NCBI GenBank assembly: GCA_002399785.1
Contig: DHEH01000002.1
Span: 33,265-97,264, forward strand
DNA: 64,000 nucleotides
Direction of reading: 5' to 3'
Source: Bacillales bacterium UBA4855
GTDB taxonomy: Bacteria; Bacillota_I; Bacilli_A; RFN20; CAG-826
Below are positions 37,538-45,225 of this stretch, piece after piece. Every line of letters begins with the position of its first letter. Position 1 is the stretch's first letter. The translations under genes and the position numbers were made by a program. Below the pieces are notes generated by a model. That model saw only the letters and a program-made list of their open reading frames with translations. It was not told where the DNA came from and did not search any database.

Positions 37538-38005
37538 TCAAATTAAAGAGTATTTTATTAAATTTATACTTCCTATATAAAGCACATTCAATAGTTGTAT
37601 GGTATTTTTTAGCCAAAACTTTGCATCAAAATACAACATTTTACATTGAAGAAAATGAAAAAACACGTGACATAAAGTAAAGTTATTTCTGTAATTATTT
37701 TCTTCTAATTCTCTCAAAACGCTTTCTTTAATATAAATAAAATTTTCTTTTACATCGTATTCTGAAGGGGTATCCCCAGGTAGTTGCTTATCACTATCAT
37801 CAAGAATTTGTATACCAGCCTCTTCATTAACATATAACATTAATAAAACATCATAAATTTGGAAAAACACCATCTTTAATATGAAAATATTGTCTTACTT
37901 TTTGAGAACATGCTTTAATTTCTGTAACAGTAATGAATTGGTTTTAATCATCCAAAACCTTCTTTAATTTTTCTAACAAAAATCAAAGGTAAATCTTTTT
38001 AATCA
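37538..38005 (-). pseudogene. Degenerate ImmA/IrrE (M78)-like metallopeptidase gene
   Basis: The 111-aa ORF (37538-37873) contains NFIYIKESVL..NNFTLCHVFFHFLQ, which resembles the ImmA HExxH region (FTLAHELGH) but has Glu replaced. Upstream N-terminal pieces (MIKKIYL*FLLEKLKKVLDD*) are split by stops and frame changes. Confidence 0.35.
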
Positions 38006-38009
38006 TTGT

Positions 38010-38257
38010 TCATTTCAGCAAGATTAATAGATAAATTTTGTTTGTTTCGTTTATGCTATCGTTAAGCATATCAGTTTCTTTGCTATCTAATGCATATAAT
38101 TTTGAAATTCTCTCGATGTATTCCGGAGGAATAACTTTTTTCCGACCTCCAACGCGGATAAAAAGGAAACAGAAATATTTAACTTTTTTGTCATAGTTCT
38201 TAAAGACTCTTATTTTTTTCTAATTTTTCTCATCACTTTTCCAAATTTTGACATCAT
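38010..38257 (-). pseudogene. XRE-family helix-turn-helix regulator pseudogene
   Basis: The minus strand from ATG 38257 reads MMSKFGKVMRKIRKK*ESLRTMTKKLNISVSFLSALEVGKK. After a shift in an A6 run it reads VIPPEYIERISKLYALDSKETDMLNDSINE. That is an HTH_3 pattern with one in-frame TAA and one frameshift. Confidence 0.6.
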
Positions 38258-38299
38258 TTTTATGCCCCGCCATCTAGTATTACTTCAATAATAATTTCT

Positions 38300-38778
38300 T
38301 CATTTCAGCGTGTTGTCTATCTTCTTCATCTTGTTCTTTAAATCAGTAGGAACCATTTTAAATAGGTGACAGTATTCCTCAGTTTGAAGCTTTTCTAATT
38401 TGTCAATAGAAATAAGTTTAATCGTTACAGATGATAAGTCATTTGTCTTAAAAGTAATAACCATATCTCTATATCCACCATTAATCGAAAAATGATATTT
38501 GCCTTTTTCAGAAACAAAACATACGATTTCAGCCATAAATAAATGATTAAAAAGAAATACAGAATAATATGTAAACTCAATATTCTTAGCTACAATATCA
38601 ACCAAGTAAAATGTAGTTGAAAACTCTTCTTCTTCAATTCCTAGATTAGGATTTAAAGAACAGTCTATTGCTACCCTTATTTTTAAAGATACGTCATAAA
38701 TATAGAAATTAACAAGATATGACTCTTGAGTTCAAATGGGTTTCGTTCAGATTTTAAAATTTCATTTATTGTTTTCAT
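38300..38778 (-). pseudogene. Unknown ~159-aa gene, paralogue 1 of 3 (immunity-like position), frameshifted
   Basis: ATG 38778 overlaps the upstream TGA as ATGA. MKTINEILKSERNPFELK.. is followed in another frame by ESYLVNFYIYDVSLKIRVAIDCSLNPNLGIEEEEFSTTFYLVDIVAKN.. through to the stop at 38300. The 479-nt span is 2 mod 3. Confidence 0.6.
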
Positions 38779-39010
38779 GTTTGGATTTCTTCCTTGTATA
38801 TTTGATCTAATGGTGATTTATGACGCTTTTTGTTTTTATGCGAACAAACGTTTCCGTATTTATCAAGATATTGACCTTTTGCATTGATTATTAGATTGAA
38901 TTTGTCTTCGTTTTTGATTATTTCTAGGACTATCAATATGCACATAACACTGTGGTTTTGTGGTTGTACAATAAACAATTATATTGATTAATTTGTTAAT
39001 TAATTTTCAT
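38775..39010 (-). pseudogene. Toxin-like unknown gene, short copy A (internally deleted and frameshifted)
   Basis: RBS AAAGGAGAAACT is followed by ATG 39010. The N-terminal part reads MKLINKLINIIVYCTTTKPQCYVHIDSPRNNQKRRQIQSNNQCKR only if one A is removed. The C-terminal part GQYLDKYGNVCSHKNKKRHKSPLDQIYKEEIQT* is in a different frame. It is homologous to both ends of copy B. Confidence 0.55.
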
Positions 39011-39095
39011 AGTTTCTCCTTTTATTATCTGCAAATAGTATGTGACTATTATTTAAACATGTCAGCCATTTTAGTTTACAAATATAATAAATTTT
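38886..39095. repeat. Copy A of a ~210-bp dispersed direct repeat (promoter, RBS and 5' coding part of the toxin-like gene)
   Basis: I aligned it by eye with 40352-40559. Most positions are identical, with a few substitutions and 1-nt indels (e.g. ttagattgaatttgtcttcgtt, tctaggactatcaatatgcacataaca, catagtttctccttttattatct). Confidence 0.85.
39037..39065 (-). promoter_or_regulatory. Candidate promoter inside repeat copy A (CTGACA-17 nt-CATACT)
   Basis: The -35 is at 39060-39065 and the -10 at 39037-39042 on the minus strand, about 27 nt upstream of ATG 39010. Confidence 0.3.
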
Positions 39096-39509
39096 CAAAT
39101 CCCTTATCATGTATATGTTCCAAAACATCATTAGATATTACTTTTATTGGAACATACTCAAGATCATCACTTTCAAACTCTATATATGCTTCTCTATAAT
39201 TATCATAAGTAAGAACATCTAAATAATAGCGTTTCTTTTTGTAAGAAAAATCTAAAATTTGTAAGTCAGTTTGACCTTCTATTGAATGAAATTCATAATC
39301 GGTAATCTTAAACTTTTTAGTTATTGTATCAATCAAATAAAATGATGTCGCATATTCGTCTTCTTTTATCCCAAACTCTTCATTTAATGAACAGTCTATT
39401 GGTAGTCTAATATGAATAATCTCATTAGTAATATGAAAATTAACAACATATGACTCATGAGCACAAAAGGGACTTTTTTAGATTTTAAAAATTCATTAAT
39501 GGTTTTCAT
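39076..39509 (-). pseudogene. Unknown ~144-aa gene, paralogue 2 of 3, frameshifted at the same place as paralogue 1
   Basis: From ATG 39509 it reads MKTINEFLKSKKVPFVLM... In another frame it continues ESYVVNFHITNEIIHIRLPIDCSLNEEFGIKEDEYATSFYLIDTITKKFKI.. through to the stop at 39076. The 434-nt span is 2 mod 3. Its start overlaps the end of paralogue 3 by 14 nt. Confidence 0.6.
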
Positions 39510-40018
39510 TTTTGTTGCTCCCTTTTAGAATCTTACAAACCTCATTAAATTTTCTTTTGTATAATTCACTCGTTTCCAAATTGTATTCATGCAAATCATA
39601 TAAATCATTATTATCGTCAACAATTAAATTTAATTCTTCATAATCTACAGTTTTAAAAGGATCATAAAATACATTTTTGCTTTTAAACTGAAGTGAAATC
39701 GTTCCTAGATTTTTATCCCCTTCAAAACCAATTGAATACTCATCATTTATTACAGAAAATTCATTTACTTCCTTCAAAAAAAGATTATTAAAGAAATAAT
39801 AATTACATTTAAAAATTTCTATATTGAAAGCAATCATATCGATTATATAATACTTTTCTTTAATCGAATTTGTTTTTATATCTAAAAATTTTTTAAAAAC
39901 AATCTAAAGCTATTCTGATATGTAAATAAGATTTACTTATATAATAATTAACCATCAACGATTCGGTAAAATTTATCTCTTGTAAATTGTTATTTATTTT
40001 TAAAATCTGTTTTTCCAT
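39496..40018 (-). pseudogene. Unknown ~174-aa gene, paralogue 3 of 3, frameshifted in a T5A6T5 tract
   Basis: From ATG 40018 it reads MEKQILKINNNLQEINFTESLMVNYYISKSYLHIRIALDCF* (stop at 39893-39895). The next frame reads KKFLDIKTNSIKEKYYIIDMIAFNIEIF.. through to the stop at 39496. In this copy the N-terminus is contiguous with the ES..VN..IR...DC core. The 523-nt span is 1 mod 3. Confidence 0.6.
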
Positions 40019-40475
40019 TTTTTAAATTCTTTCTTATGTATATTTTATCAAGCGGAGTTAAATGATGTCGGGATTTTTTGACAGAACACACTTTCCCATA
40101 TCTATCATAATATTGATAAGACATTGCTTTTTGCACAAACGATTGATCGCCGGAAGACCCATGCCAATGATAATGTGCATACTGTCTATTGTTTTCAAAA
40201 TCATAACGTACTAATTATGAATTTGATTTTCTAATAAAAAACACGCCTTGTTTATTATTTGAAAATTTAATAAATTTCCGCCCTTTCTTTGTTAATAAAT
40301 TTGGATTAGATGGTAAGTATGAACCATTATATACACCTAACCTTTTACACCGATTATTAGATTGAATTTGTCTTCGTTCTTGATTATTTCTAGGACTATC
40401 AATATGCACATAACATTGTGGTTTTGTGGTGGTGTAATAAACAATTCAATTGATTAATTTCTTAATTAATTTCAT
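39990..40475 (-). pseudogene. Toxin-like unknown gene, long copy B (161 codons, frame intact but two in-frame stops)
   Basis: RBS AAAGGAGAAACT is followed by ATG 40475. The translation is MKLIKKLIN[TGA]IVYYTTTKPQCYVHIDSPRNNQERRQIQSNNRCKRLGVYNGSYLPSNPNLLTKKGRKFIKFSNNKQGVFFIRKSNS[TAA]LVRYDFENNRQYAHYHWHGSSGDQSFVQKAMSYQYYDRYGKVCSVKKSRHHLTPLDKIYIRKNLKNGKTDFKNK*. I checked the codons by hand across the TAA. Confidence 0.6.
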
Positions 40476-40559
40476 AGTTTCTCCTTTTATTATCTACAAA
40501 TGTTATGTGACTATCATTTAAATATGTCAACCGTTTTAGTTAACAATATTATAAATTTT
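40352..40559. repeat. Copy B of the ~210-bp dispersed direct repeat
   Basis: See copy A (38886-39095). Both copies have the same orientation and are about 1.47 kb apart. Confidence 0.85.
40502..40530 (-). promoter_or_regulatory. Candidate promoter inside repeat copy B (TTGACA-17 nt-CATAAC)
   Basis: The -35 is at 40525-40530 and the -10 at 40502-40507 on the minus strand. Confidence 0.35.
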
Positions 40560-40641
40560 ACTTTTTAAAATAATAGGTAATTAAGAGATATTGAAAAATA
40601 TTTTATGTTAGACATTAATTTTTCATATTTATTATCTTATA

Positions 40642-40672
40642 AAAAGATACCAACCAAAGGTTGGTATCTTTT
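40642..40672. terminator. Hairpin terminator after the 1082-aa lipoprotein gene (bidirectional shape)
   Basis: The hairpin is AAAAGATACCAACC-aaa-GGTTGGTATCTTTT, with A/T runs on both sides. It lies 27 nt after the stop at 40699. Confidence 0.75.
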
Positions 40673-40698
40673 GTACAAATCAATTCTTAAAACTCTAA

Positions 40699-43600
40699 CT
40701 ACTTTAATATTGCATCCGTTAATGAAAACGCAATAGATGAATCATTAAAATCTTCAATAGAGCCGTTCATAGTAATATAAGCAGCAGTCTCTCCTACTGC
40801 AGGATGATACTTAATAACTAAACTTGAAGCGGTACTACCTCCAAATCCGTATTCAGTATCAAGGGTTATAAGAGTATCTTCGCCGGTTAAATCTTCAGCA
40901 AAAGAACAAGAAGCAAAACGCAACATTTCAACTTCACTACCATATGTACCGTCTTCTGCTTTTAAAGCTGAAGTACAATAAAAGTTTTTTTCATCAAATT
41001 TAACAGTTAATCTATAAGTTTTTGCACCAACTGCTAAGTCACCTGAAGCAAAACTAATTGCTGTAGATGCATCAAGTTTTGTTGATCCTTTAACAGTATA
41101 ATTTGTTCCTTCTAAAACTAAAACTCTTGTAATAGAAGGATTAGATGATGAAAATCCATCACAACCAACTAATGTTAGTTGTTTTTCCATAATTGGTTCG
41201 CTTTCTGTGCCAACATTAACATCCTTGACAGAATATGTATATGCCGAATTATTAAATGAACTAAACTTAGCTGAACCGAATCCGTCAAGGATTAAATTAC
41301 CGTAATCGGTGGTAGAAGCCTTTGCAGTGTAGGTACCGCTAATTCCGTCAGATATGACTGAAACACATGCTGATGAGCTGCTAAATTTGACTGTTTTATA
41401 AACAGCATTACTTGAATCTTTTAATTCAATTATTCCGTCACTCTTAAATTCACTTCCAGACACAACTTCAGCAGTTAATCCGGTTTTAAAAGTATTGTCA
41501 GTTAAATCAACATATGCATAATAAGCGGTTCCACCAATTGTTTGTTTGACCACAGCTTTCTTTGCGTCACCATCCACTTTTGCATAACTTAATGCAGAAG
41601 TTTCACCAGTTTCACCAAGTTTCATAAGTGCACTACTAGCAATATCATCGCCAACTTTTAAAACCCATCCATCTTGATAAATAAATTTATCAGTTCCAGC
41701 CGTTAAAGTCTTGTTGTCGTCAGCAAGAGTTAAAACAGTAGTTCCTAAACTCGATAAACTAGACGATGATGTCTTATACGCATATAATCCAAAATTATCA
41801 ATTCTTAAAAATTCTTTTTTAACAACTGTTGATACACCACCCCACCAATCTTCTTCTTCAACCATATTAAGCAACGATCCAGAATAATCACCAACAAACT
41901 CTTTACCTACAAATACAAATTTTGAATAAGATTCTGTAGCAACAAATGTTAATTCTTGTGATTTTGGTTCAATATAATTCCAATAATAATCTCCTTGAGT
42001 CCAACTAGAATATATTAATTCTGTAGAGCCATTCTTAACGCTTGTAAGCTTATATTCGCCATTTGACTCTCCAGAAACATCAGTAGCTTTAAAGAAAATC
42101 TTTTCTTTACTATTTGGAAGTTTTGTAAGTTCTGTATAAGCCTTTGTTGAAGAATTATACGAATAGAACTTTAATTGCATGTGTTCACTATTTGTAACAT
42201 TAAAAGCAACTTCAGCAACTTTGCTCGTAGTTTTAATAACAATTTTGCCACTAGTTACCTTGAAATGATAAGCAGCTCCATTAACACCACCACTACACTC
42301 GCCTTCATCAACACCATCGACACTATAAGTAACCGAGTCAGGAAGGAAACCATCCTTAGCAGCGACATTAAAATATAAACTTTGTCCAATAGGAGCAACA
42401 AAAGCATAATTATCGGTTTCACCAAAACCAACACTATCTGTACCAGTATTACTTTCTGATCCTACTCTAAAATTAGATACAGAAATATTTGCATCATTTA
42501 CAACACTAACAACAACGGAAGATTGTTCGCCAGTAATTTTAACCTTAACATTTTCGGCAGGCATTTTGAAAGTATATTTTTCTTTAGTAACCGTACCGTT
42601 ATAACTTACAGAAGGTGCTGTATGTGTAGTTTCAATTACACCCACTTTAATTGCAGAGACTTCAAATTTAGTTATAACAAACCCAGTATTAACTTGTGGA
42701 TATAAACTAACAGTATCACCTGGTTCATATTTATCTTCAGCTCCATCAATATTTCCGGCTAATCCATTAAAACTAGTAGTAATACCATATGTTTTAGTTG
42801 AAGAATAACCACTAAAACTAACATTATAACTTGGCATAACCAAACTTATAGAATAGTCATAAACTTTAGTTGTGCTATTATAAATTTTCTTTTCCGAAGT
42901 TAAATATTTATAATTATAAGTACCATCTTCATTATATTTAATTCTAGCAGCTTCAATAAGTTGATCTCCATCGGCAGCTTGTTTATTAGCAAACCATAAA
43001 GTAATACTTTGACCAGCAACAGCTGTTGTAATTACTTCGCTGTTTTCGTTTTTGACTGAAAAATCGAAACTACTCAAAAATGATGTGCTAAATTTATTTG
43101 TAAGAGAATATTCAATTTTTGCAGGATCATCATCTAAAACCACTGAAATAGTAACTGCTTTGCTTGGCATAGCAAACTTAACTTCTCCGCTTTGGGCAGG
43201 AAGATCGATTTCATTAGCTTTTAAACTTGAAATCATTTTTTTAGCATTCTTGACATTTACATTTAAAACAACTTCTTCTCCAGCAACATATTCAGCTTTA
43301 TCACTTGTAATCTTAATATCTTCAGTTGCAGCAGGTAAAGTTAAAGCAAATTTTTCAGCAGTCGCGACATCTTTTAATGTAACGGACACTGTGATATTTT
43401 GAGCTGGCATAATAAATGAATATTTTCCGTCAGCATCAAGAGCAACACCAGCATCGCCAGCAACAACCCCCGATACAAATTTATCGTTATTCTTTAATGA
43501 AAGAGTTAAAACAACTTTTTCACCAACTTTTAGTCCAGCAACTTTGTTTGCTTCAACTTTAAGATCAGCGCTTTCTTCTGGTAAAGTGACCGCAAAAGTT

Positions 43601-43947
43601 GCATCAGGAACAACATCTTCAGTAACAACTGAGACATTGACATCAGCACCTGGCATAGTGAAAACAAATTTACCACTAGCATTTGCACCAACCACCATCT
43701 CATTAACTTTAATTCCAGTAATTACCTTATTAACACCAGAATTTAAAGCTGCAGTAACGGTGACAGTCTCTCCAATTTCTGCTTTTTCTTTATCAGCACT
43801 TACATTACCATTTAAAAATGCAGCAAACGAAACTGTATATTTGGTTGCTTCAACAACTGGTGTTTCAGTTTTGCAACTTGCCAACGAAGCAGCGCAACCT
43901 ACTAAAGTCAATGAAGAAACCACCATTAAAATTTTTGATTTTTTCAT
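40699..43947 (-). CDS. Giant surface lipoprotein (~1082 aa) with at least four tandem B-repeat-like modules
   Basis: The ORF track starts at 44010. ATG 43947, preceded by AAAGGAGA, gives MKKSKILMVVSSLTLVGCAASLASCKT (lipobox). The tandem modules resemble FAVTLPEESADLKVEANKVAGLKVGEKVVLTLSLKNN..YSFIMPAQNITVSVTL. Confidence 0.85.
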   Translation of the reverse strand: MKKSKILMVVSSLTLVGCAASLASCKTETPVVEATKYTVSFAAFLNGNVSADKEKAEIGETVTVTAALNSGVNKVITGIKVNEMVVGANASGKFVFTMPGADVNVSVVTEDVVPDATFAVTLPEESADLKVEANKVAGLKVGEKVVLTLSLKNNDKFVSGVVAGDAGVALDADGKYSFIMPAQNITVSVTLKDVATAEKFALTLPAATEDIKITSDKAEYVAGEEVVLNVNVKNAKKMISSLKANEIDLPAQSGEVKFAMPSKAVTISVVLDDDPAKIEYSLTNKFSTSFLSSFDFSVKNENSEVITTAVAGQSITLWFANKQAADGDQLIEAARIKYNEDGTYNYKYLTSEKKIYNSTTKVYDYSISLVMPSYNVSFSGYSSTKTYGITTSFNGLAGNIDGAEDKYEPGDTVSLYPQVNTGFVITKFEVSAIKVGVIETTHTAPSVSYNGTVTKEKYTFKMPAENVKVKITGEQSSVVVSVVNDANISVSNFRVGSESNTGTDSVGFGETDNYAFVAPIGQSLYFNVAAKDGFLPDSVTYSVDGVDEGECSGGVNGAAYHFKVTSGKIVIKTTSKVAEVAFNVTNSEHMQLKFYSYNSSTKAYTELTKLPNSKEKIFFKATDVSGESNGEYKLTSVKNGSTELIYSSWTQGDYYWNYIEPKSQELTFVATESYSKFVFVGKEFVGDYSGSLLNMVEEEDWWGGVSTVVKKEFLRIDNFGLYAYKTSSSSLSSLGTTVLTLADDNKTLTAGTDKFIYQDGWVLKVGDDIASSALMKLGETGETSALSYAKVDGDAKKAVVKQTIGGTAYYAYVDLTDNTFKTGLTAEVVSGSEFKSDGIIELKDSSNAVYKTVKFSSSSACVSVISDGISGTYTAKASTTDYGNLILDGFGSAKFSSFNNSAYTYSVKDVNVGTESEPIMEKQLTLVGCDGFSSSNPSITRVLVLEGTNYTVKGSTKLDASTAISFASGDLAVGAKTYRLTVKFDEKNFYCTSALKAEDGTYGSEVEMLRFASCSFAEDLTGEDTLITLDTEYGFGGSTASSLVIKYHPAVGETAAYITMNGSIEDFNDSSIAFSLTDAILK

Positions 43948-44181
43948 AAAAATCTCCTTTGTAAATTGATTTAATAACAAATTGGTTCCATTTAATAGAC
44001 ATTTTGTCAAAATTTTAATATTAATTTAATACAAAACTTATACAACAAAATCCTAAAACTTCTATATAAAGGAAAAAATATAAATTAAGTAATATTAAGA
44101 TGATATTAAATTTTTATAATAATTTAATTTAATTTTTTTATAATTTGTATAATTATAATGCTTTTATATTAGGAGGTTTTT

Positions 44182-45210
44182 ATGAGTTTATTAAGAAGTA
44201 AAAGATTATTTATTGCATCTTCTATACTTTTAGTATCAATTTTTGCAGTGCAAGGTCTGTCGTCCTGCAATAGTTCAGAGAACAAATTAGGTGATGCATT
44301 ACAGTTATCAGTTGATGATTCAATGAATTTATTAGAAAAAATTACAGAAAAAGATGAAACAATTGATGTTACGAAATTAAAATTTAGTACAGGAGATTCT
44401 AAAGTGGCACGTGCTCTAACAGACGGTACACTTATTGGTTACACGAAAGGTTCGACAGTTGTATCTGCAACACTTGACGATATTGTTATTTATCAAAAAA
44501 CAGTTGAAGTCAGTGATTATACACACTTAACAACCACTTCTGCTAATCTTTCCGGATCTGGATACAGCATGACTATTGGCGGTTTTTTAATCGATTTAAA
44601 TGTTGGTGCTTATTTAGCTAAAGGAAAAGTTTATACATTTTTAGCAAGTTTTAAAGGTTGTGCAAATGATAGCCAAGAATTCTTCGTCTCAATGAGTGAT
44701 GAATCAGTTGCTGAATATGAATATGTCATTCCAGAAGGTTCAACAGTAGGAAAACCAACTGTTAAAGCTAAGAAAGTTGGTGATTCTGTTTTTACTATTA
44801 CAAACGCCGATGGAATTGTATGTTATCGAGAAGTTATTCAAGTAAGAAGAGGCTTTACAAGTAACATTCAAGCAGTCGATTATCTTACACATGTTGATCA
44901 ATGGACAAATTGGGGTTTTATTGATTCCCAAACACCTACACCTGGAGGTTGTAAAATGGCCTTCTTAAGTGGAACAAGTGGAATCTTTACAGGAAAAGAT
45001 GGTGGAGTTGATTTAGCAACAATCGAATTTACATTTACATATGATTCAGCAAATTCAACTGAAGAAGAATTTATTTATGTTCTTGATTCGTTCCAAAATA
45101 CTGCTACAGATTTAAAAATTACTAAATTAGCCTTATCATCTACTGGAGATATGATCCATGTTTCCAATAGCTCGTTATTATTAGATGTTTTTACTCCTCA
45201 ATCAAATTAA
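44182..45210 (+). CDS. Lipoprotein with one Big_2-type domain, function unknown
   Basis: SD AGGAGG lies upstream and the lipobox is LSSC. The Big_2-like stretch is LKFSTGDSKVARALTDGTLIGYTKGSTVVSATL. Confidence 0.8.
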   Translation: MSLLRSKRLFIASSILLVSIFAVQGLSSCNSSENKLGDALQLSVDDSMNLLEKITEKDETIDVTKLKFSTGDSKVARALTDGTLIGYTKGSTVVSATLDDIVIYQKTVEVSDYTHLTTTSANLSGSGYSMTIGGFLIDLNVGAYLAKGKVYTFLASFKGCANDSQEFFVSMSDESVAEYEYVIPEGSTVGKPTVKAKKVGDSVFTITNADGIVCYREVIQVRRGFTSNIQAVDYLTHVDQWTNWGFIDSQTPTPGGCKMAFLSGTSGIFTGKDGGVDLATIEFTFTYDSANSTEEEFIYVLDSFQNTATDLKITKLALSSTGDMIHVSNSSLLLDVFTPQSN

Positions 45211-45225
45211 AAGGAAATATTAAAT

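Noticed and set aside
40446-40448. An in-frame TGA in the toxin-like gene (and TGAs in neighbouring fragments) as a sign of genetic code 4 (TGA=Trp), for example in a mycoplasma-phage-derived insert.
   Set aside because: The homologous codon in copy A is ATA (Ile), not TGG. The same gene also has an in-frame TAA, and neighbouring genes need frameshifts. All intact genes use TGG for Trp. Simple decay explains it better.
39990-40475. The toxin-like protein as a barnase/RNase-type toxin, based on FSNNKQG and HYH resembling barnase FSNREG and DHY.
   Set aside because: The spacing between the putative catalytic positions is far too short, about 12 residues instead of about 29. No counterpart of the catalytic Glu is evident. 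The resemblance is probably chance.
38886-40559. The ~210-bp repeats as a CRISPR array or other short tandem array.
   Set aside because: There are only two copies, each 210 bp long and about 1.47 kb apart. They contain a promoter, an RBS and coding sequence. No short regularly spaced repeats occur anywhere in the window.
43948-44181. The AT-rich divergent intergenic region between the two giant-lipoprotein operons as an invertible or phase-variable promoter switch.
   Set aside because: I could not find flanking inverted repeats, a recombinase gene or a long homopolymer or dinucleotide tract (the longest run is T7). It looks like ordinary divergent promoters.
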